The notes beneath the pieces are model-generated. The model did not search any database. It had not been told where the DNA came from and saw only the letters and a program-made list of their open reading frames with translations. A stretch of DNA of 64,000 nt from Isurus oxyrinchus (lineage: Eukaryota), in the NCBI GenBank assembly GCA_026770705.1, contig JANJGN010000071.1:2294001-2358000 (forward strand), given 5' to 3'. A program made the position numbers and the translations under genes. Below are positions 62,609 through 64,000 of the stretch, in pieces (positions within the stretch are counted from its first letter, which is position 1; every line of letters begins with the position of its first letter).

Positions 62609-63466
62609 CAAGGGTCTTAAATTGTCTGATTGTTGAATGATACAACACAGGAGGAGCTTGTTTGACCCATCGTGCATGTGCTGACTCTCTCCCAATTCCT
62701 CTCCAGCACCTTTCGCACATCCCTGCAAATTTCCCTTCAAGTATTTATCCAGTTCCCCTTCTGAAAGTTCCTGTTGAATCTGCTTCCACCGCCCTTTCAG
62801 GCAGTGAGTCAATGGTCTCTCTCTGAGCTGCAAGGTGCTCAGATTCTATGAAATTTATACTCTGCAGCAGATCAGAGACAATCATGATAACTCAGAATAC
62901 ACAGACAGCTTTGCCTCCCTTCTCTCTTTCAGTTATCTTGCTCCCTTATCAAAGTTTCTGGCATGGTGTGAATGGACAGGAAGTGTGACACTGAACAGCC
63001 TGTCTATTCTAGGAGCTGCTGTGTTGTCTTCATGGGAAGTTTTGAATAAAGGCAGCAAAGGACACAAATTTCAGGTTATTGCTATCGGATAACTCTCATT
63101 AGGATAGGCTTCACCCACCAGGTTTTATCCCTGCTTCTCTATTCAATCCATCAATCCCGATTGCTCACTGACCAACGTCTGACAGCACCTGAATTTTGAG
63201 ATTCTGCTCTCGCTGCTACAAACCTGCCTATCCCTGTACACTCCTCCAGCCCCTACAACCCTCCAAGGCCTCTGCTGTCCTCCAATTCTGCTGTCAGACA
63301 GGGTGTCAGTGTATATCAGTGAGCAGAGGAGTGATGGATGAATGGGACATAGTGTGAGTTTGTACACTGGCTCACTGCTAAATCAGTTCCCAATTAGAGG
63401 TCAATAAGAATGATCTTTAACAAAGACTATTAACCATAAGTCTGTCCGAGCTGATGATGATATTAC

Positions 63467-63506
63467 CTTGGAGAAGTGACAGGAGGAAGTAAGATTTCCC
63501 GATCAT
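63467..63506 (-). CDS. Gene B leader exon (MIGKSYFLLSLLQ, phase 1)
   Basis: 40 coding nt, donor GTAAT, acceptor ctcctttctctttcag at about 63549. Confidence 0.88.
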
Positions 63507-63938
63507 TGTCCACTCCCAGATATTCCTTTAGCTTCTAACTCTGAAGTTCTGAAAGAGAAAGGAGTTAATGAGACTTCACCTCTTGTCCGAATGCTCTCGA
63601 GAGATCAGAACTGCTTTTAGACAATATCTTCACAGACTAATTTGATTCTCTGTGGGATGATAGGTGCTCTGCAGAGAGTTACAAGGCTTTCAGAAAGAAA
63701 ATCAATGAAGGACTTGCATTTCTATAGCACCTTTCACCACCTCAGGATGCCCCAAGCTCATGTCCCTTGAGCTAGAAAGATGTTCTGTACAACAGACTTG
63801 AGTCTCACACCCAGATCTCAATAATCAGTAGAAATCTTTCAAAGGCATCGATCATTGGAATCTGTCTTTATAAAGTCACAACATCAACAAAGGACGGTGT
63901 TGGTGGTGGAAGTGAATTCCAATCGTTCCGTTACTTAC

Positions 63939-64000
63939 CCAGGACCTGTCCGACTGCTCGCCTGGGGAGGAACTGCCCACACGCTCTGCTTGGGCTGAAT
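63939..64000 (-). other. Gene B non-coding exon 1 (continues beyond the window)
   Basis: Donor GTAAGT at 63938; paralog of the exons ending at 18647 and 20400. Confidence 0.65.

Noticed and set aside
47302-63506. Assigning a gene symbol (CD22, SIGLEC1, MAG or CD33) to gene B
   Set aside because: The architecture mixes features of several Siglecs; orthology needs a phylogeny that I cannot run

Overview
Vertebrate genomic DNA, very probably from a cartilaginous fish (shark-type CR1/L2 LINEs, Deu-domain SINEs, Penelope-like termini, 30-bp CAGTACTGAGGGAGTGCTGCACTGTC minisatellites); the species cannot be named from the sequence. The window is a rearranged Siglec (CD22/MAG/CD33-related) cluster, all on the minus strand. 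Gene B (47302..>63939) appears intact: leader, V-set with the essential Arg, C2-set, a 31-aa Ig mini-exon, seven 282-bp tandem Ig exons, an uncharged TM and a tail with ITIM/ITSM motifs (about 1065 aa). Gene C (34460..39400) is a divergent MAG/sialoadhesin-like gene cut by a Gypsy fragment. A hepcidin-like promoter plus exons 1-2 (29974..31972) has no visible Cys-rich exon 3; the next exon is an in-phase Siglec cytoplasmic terminal exon reached across a minisatellite junction, followed by an orphan second Siglec tail. Gene A (2909..20560) has duplicated promoter/leader modules and three tandem V-set exons ahead of one C2 exon. Exon coordinates were counted by hand from splice signals; repeat boundaries are approximate; homologies are from recalled family motifs, and no database search was run.
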